Translations under genes and position numbers: made by a program
From: Squalus acanthias
Lineage: Eukaryota
Reading direction: 5' to 3'
Assembly: GCA_030390025.1 (NCBI GenBank)
Contig: CM059432.1
Span: 22,570,001 to 22,634,000 of the forward strand
DNA length: 64,000 bases
Shown: positions 62,677-64,000 of the stretch, piece after piece
Numbering within the stretch: position 1 is the first letter of the stretch
Layout: the number at the start of each line of letters is the position of its first letter
Notes under the pieces: generated by a model
Database searches by the model: none
Told to the model about the DNA's origin: nothing
The model's input: only the letters and a program-made list of their open reading frames with translations

Positions 62677-64000
62677 GATACATAGAAGATAGGAGCAGGA
62701 GTAGGCCATCCGGCCCTTCGAGCCTGCTCCGCCATTTAATGAGATCATGGCTGATCCTCCAATTCAGTATCCCGTCCCCGCCTTCTCTCCGTAACCCTTA
62801 ACCCCTTTTGCCTGTAGAAATATATCTAATTCCCTCTTAAATATATTTAATGAGCTGGCGTACACTGCCCTCTGCGGCAATGAGTTCCACAGGTTCACCA
62901 CCCTCTGAGTGAAGAATTTCCCCCTCATTTCTGTCCTAAATGGTTTAGCCCTTATCCTTAAATTATGTCCTCTAGTTCTGTTCTCACCCGCCAAGGGAAA
63001 CATTCCTTCTGCATCTAGTCTGTCTAGACCTGTCAGAATTTTATACACTTCTATGAGGTCCCCTCTCAATCTTCTAAACTCCAGTGTGTACATCCCTAAA
63101 CTACACAGTCTCTCCTCATAGGTCAATCCCGCCATTCCTGGTATCAGCCTGGTGAATCGCCGCTGCACCCCCTCCATGGCAAGAACATCTTTCCTCAGAT
63201 GAGGCGACCAAAACTGTACACAGTACTCGAGGTGTGGTCTCACCAGTGCCCTGTACAGCTGCAGCAAGGTATCCCTGTTCCTGTATTCCAACCCTTTTGC
63301 TATGAAGGCCAGCATACTGTTTGCCTTCTTGACCGCCTGTTGCACCTGCATGCTCGCCTTCAGTGACTGGTGTACAAGAACACCCAGGTCTCTCTGTACT
63401 TCCCCCTCTCCCAATTTATTGCCATTTAAATAATAATTTGCCCTCCTGTTCCTGCACCCAAGGTGGATAACTTCGCACTTGTCCACATTATAGTGCATCT
63501 GCCATTTATCCGCCCAATCACCCAGTCTGTCCAAATCGCTCTGGAGCTTCCTGGTCTCCTCCTCTGAGCCCACCCCCCCTCCTAGTTTAGTGTCGTCTGC
63601 AAATTTGGAAATGCTGCATCCGACTCCCTGATCCAGGTCATTAATGTAAATTGTGAACAGCTGGGGACCCAGGACAGATCCCTGTGGTACCCCACTTGTT
63701 ACTGCCTGCCATTCAGAAAATGAGCCGTTTATTCCAACTCTCTGTTTTCTATCTGACAGCCAGTTCTCTATCCACGTCAATACTTTCCCCTTTATCCCAT
63801 GAGCTTCAATTTTCCATGCTAATCTTTTATGCGGGACCTTATCGAAGGCCTTTTGGAAGTCCAGGTACACCACATCTACTGGCTCTCCCCCATCTATTTT
63901 ACCAGTTACTCCCTCAAAAAATTCCAATAGATTAGTCAAGCACGATTTACCCTTTGTAAATCCATGTTGACTCTGTCCTATCCTGTCCCCATTTGCTAAG
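62677..64000 (-). mobile_element. CR1 LINE RT region, runs off the window end
   Basis: Open frame 62764-63939 with YLDFQKAFDKV, GVPQGSVLGP, FADD. Confidence 0.95.

Overview
Eukaryotic vertebrate DNA. The repeat families (DeuSINE/SacSINE1-like SINEs, CR1 LINEs, Penelope remnants, PIF/Harbinger elements) suggest a cartilaginous fish, probably a shark; this is inference. I could not support any host protein-coding exon, so the window looks intergenic or intronic and is dominated by nested mobile DNA. It holds one complete but mutated two-gene Harbinger transposon, a truncated copy, a deletion derivative and several MITEs. It also holds one full-length CR1 with a 69-bp tandem 5' array, many truncated CR1, L2 and RTE copies, Penelope remnants with minimal hammerhead ribozymes, and two solo LTRs. 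The most notable element is a decayed endogenous retrovirus-like element at about 25.4-31.9 kb. Its pol has an RT thumb, a degenerate RNase H 'tether', a second RNase H and an integrase. Its env is preceded by a splice acceptor and looks like a paramyxo/pneumovirus-type F fusion protein, the architecture described for lokiretroviruses. All family assignments come from motif recognition by eye, not database searches.
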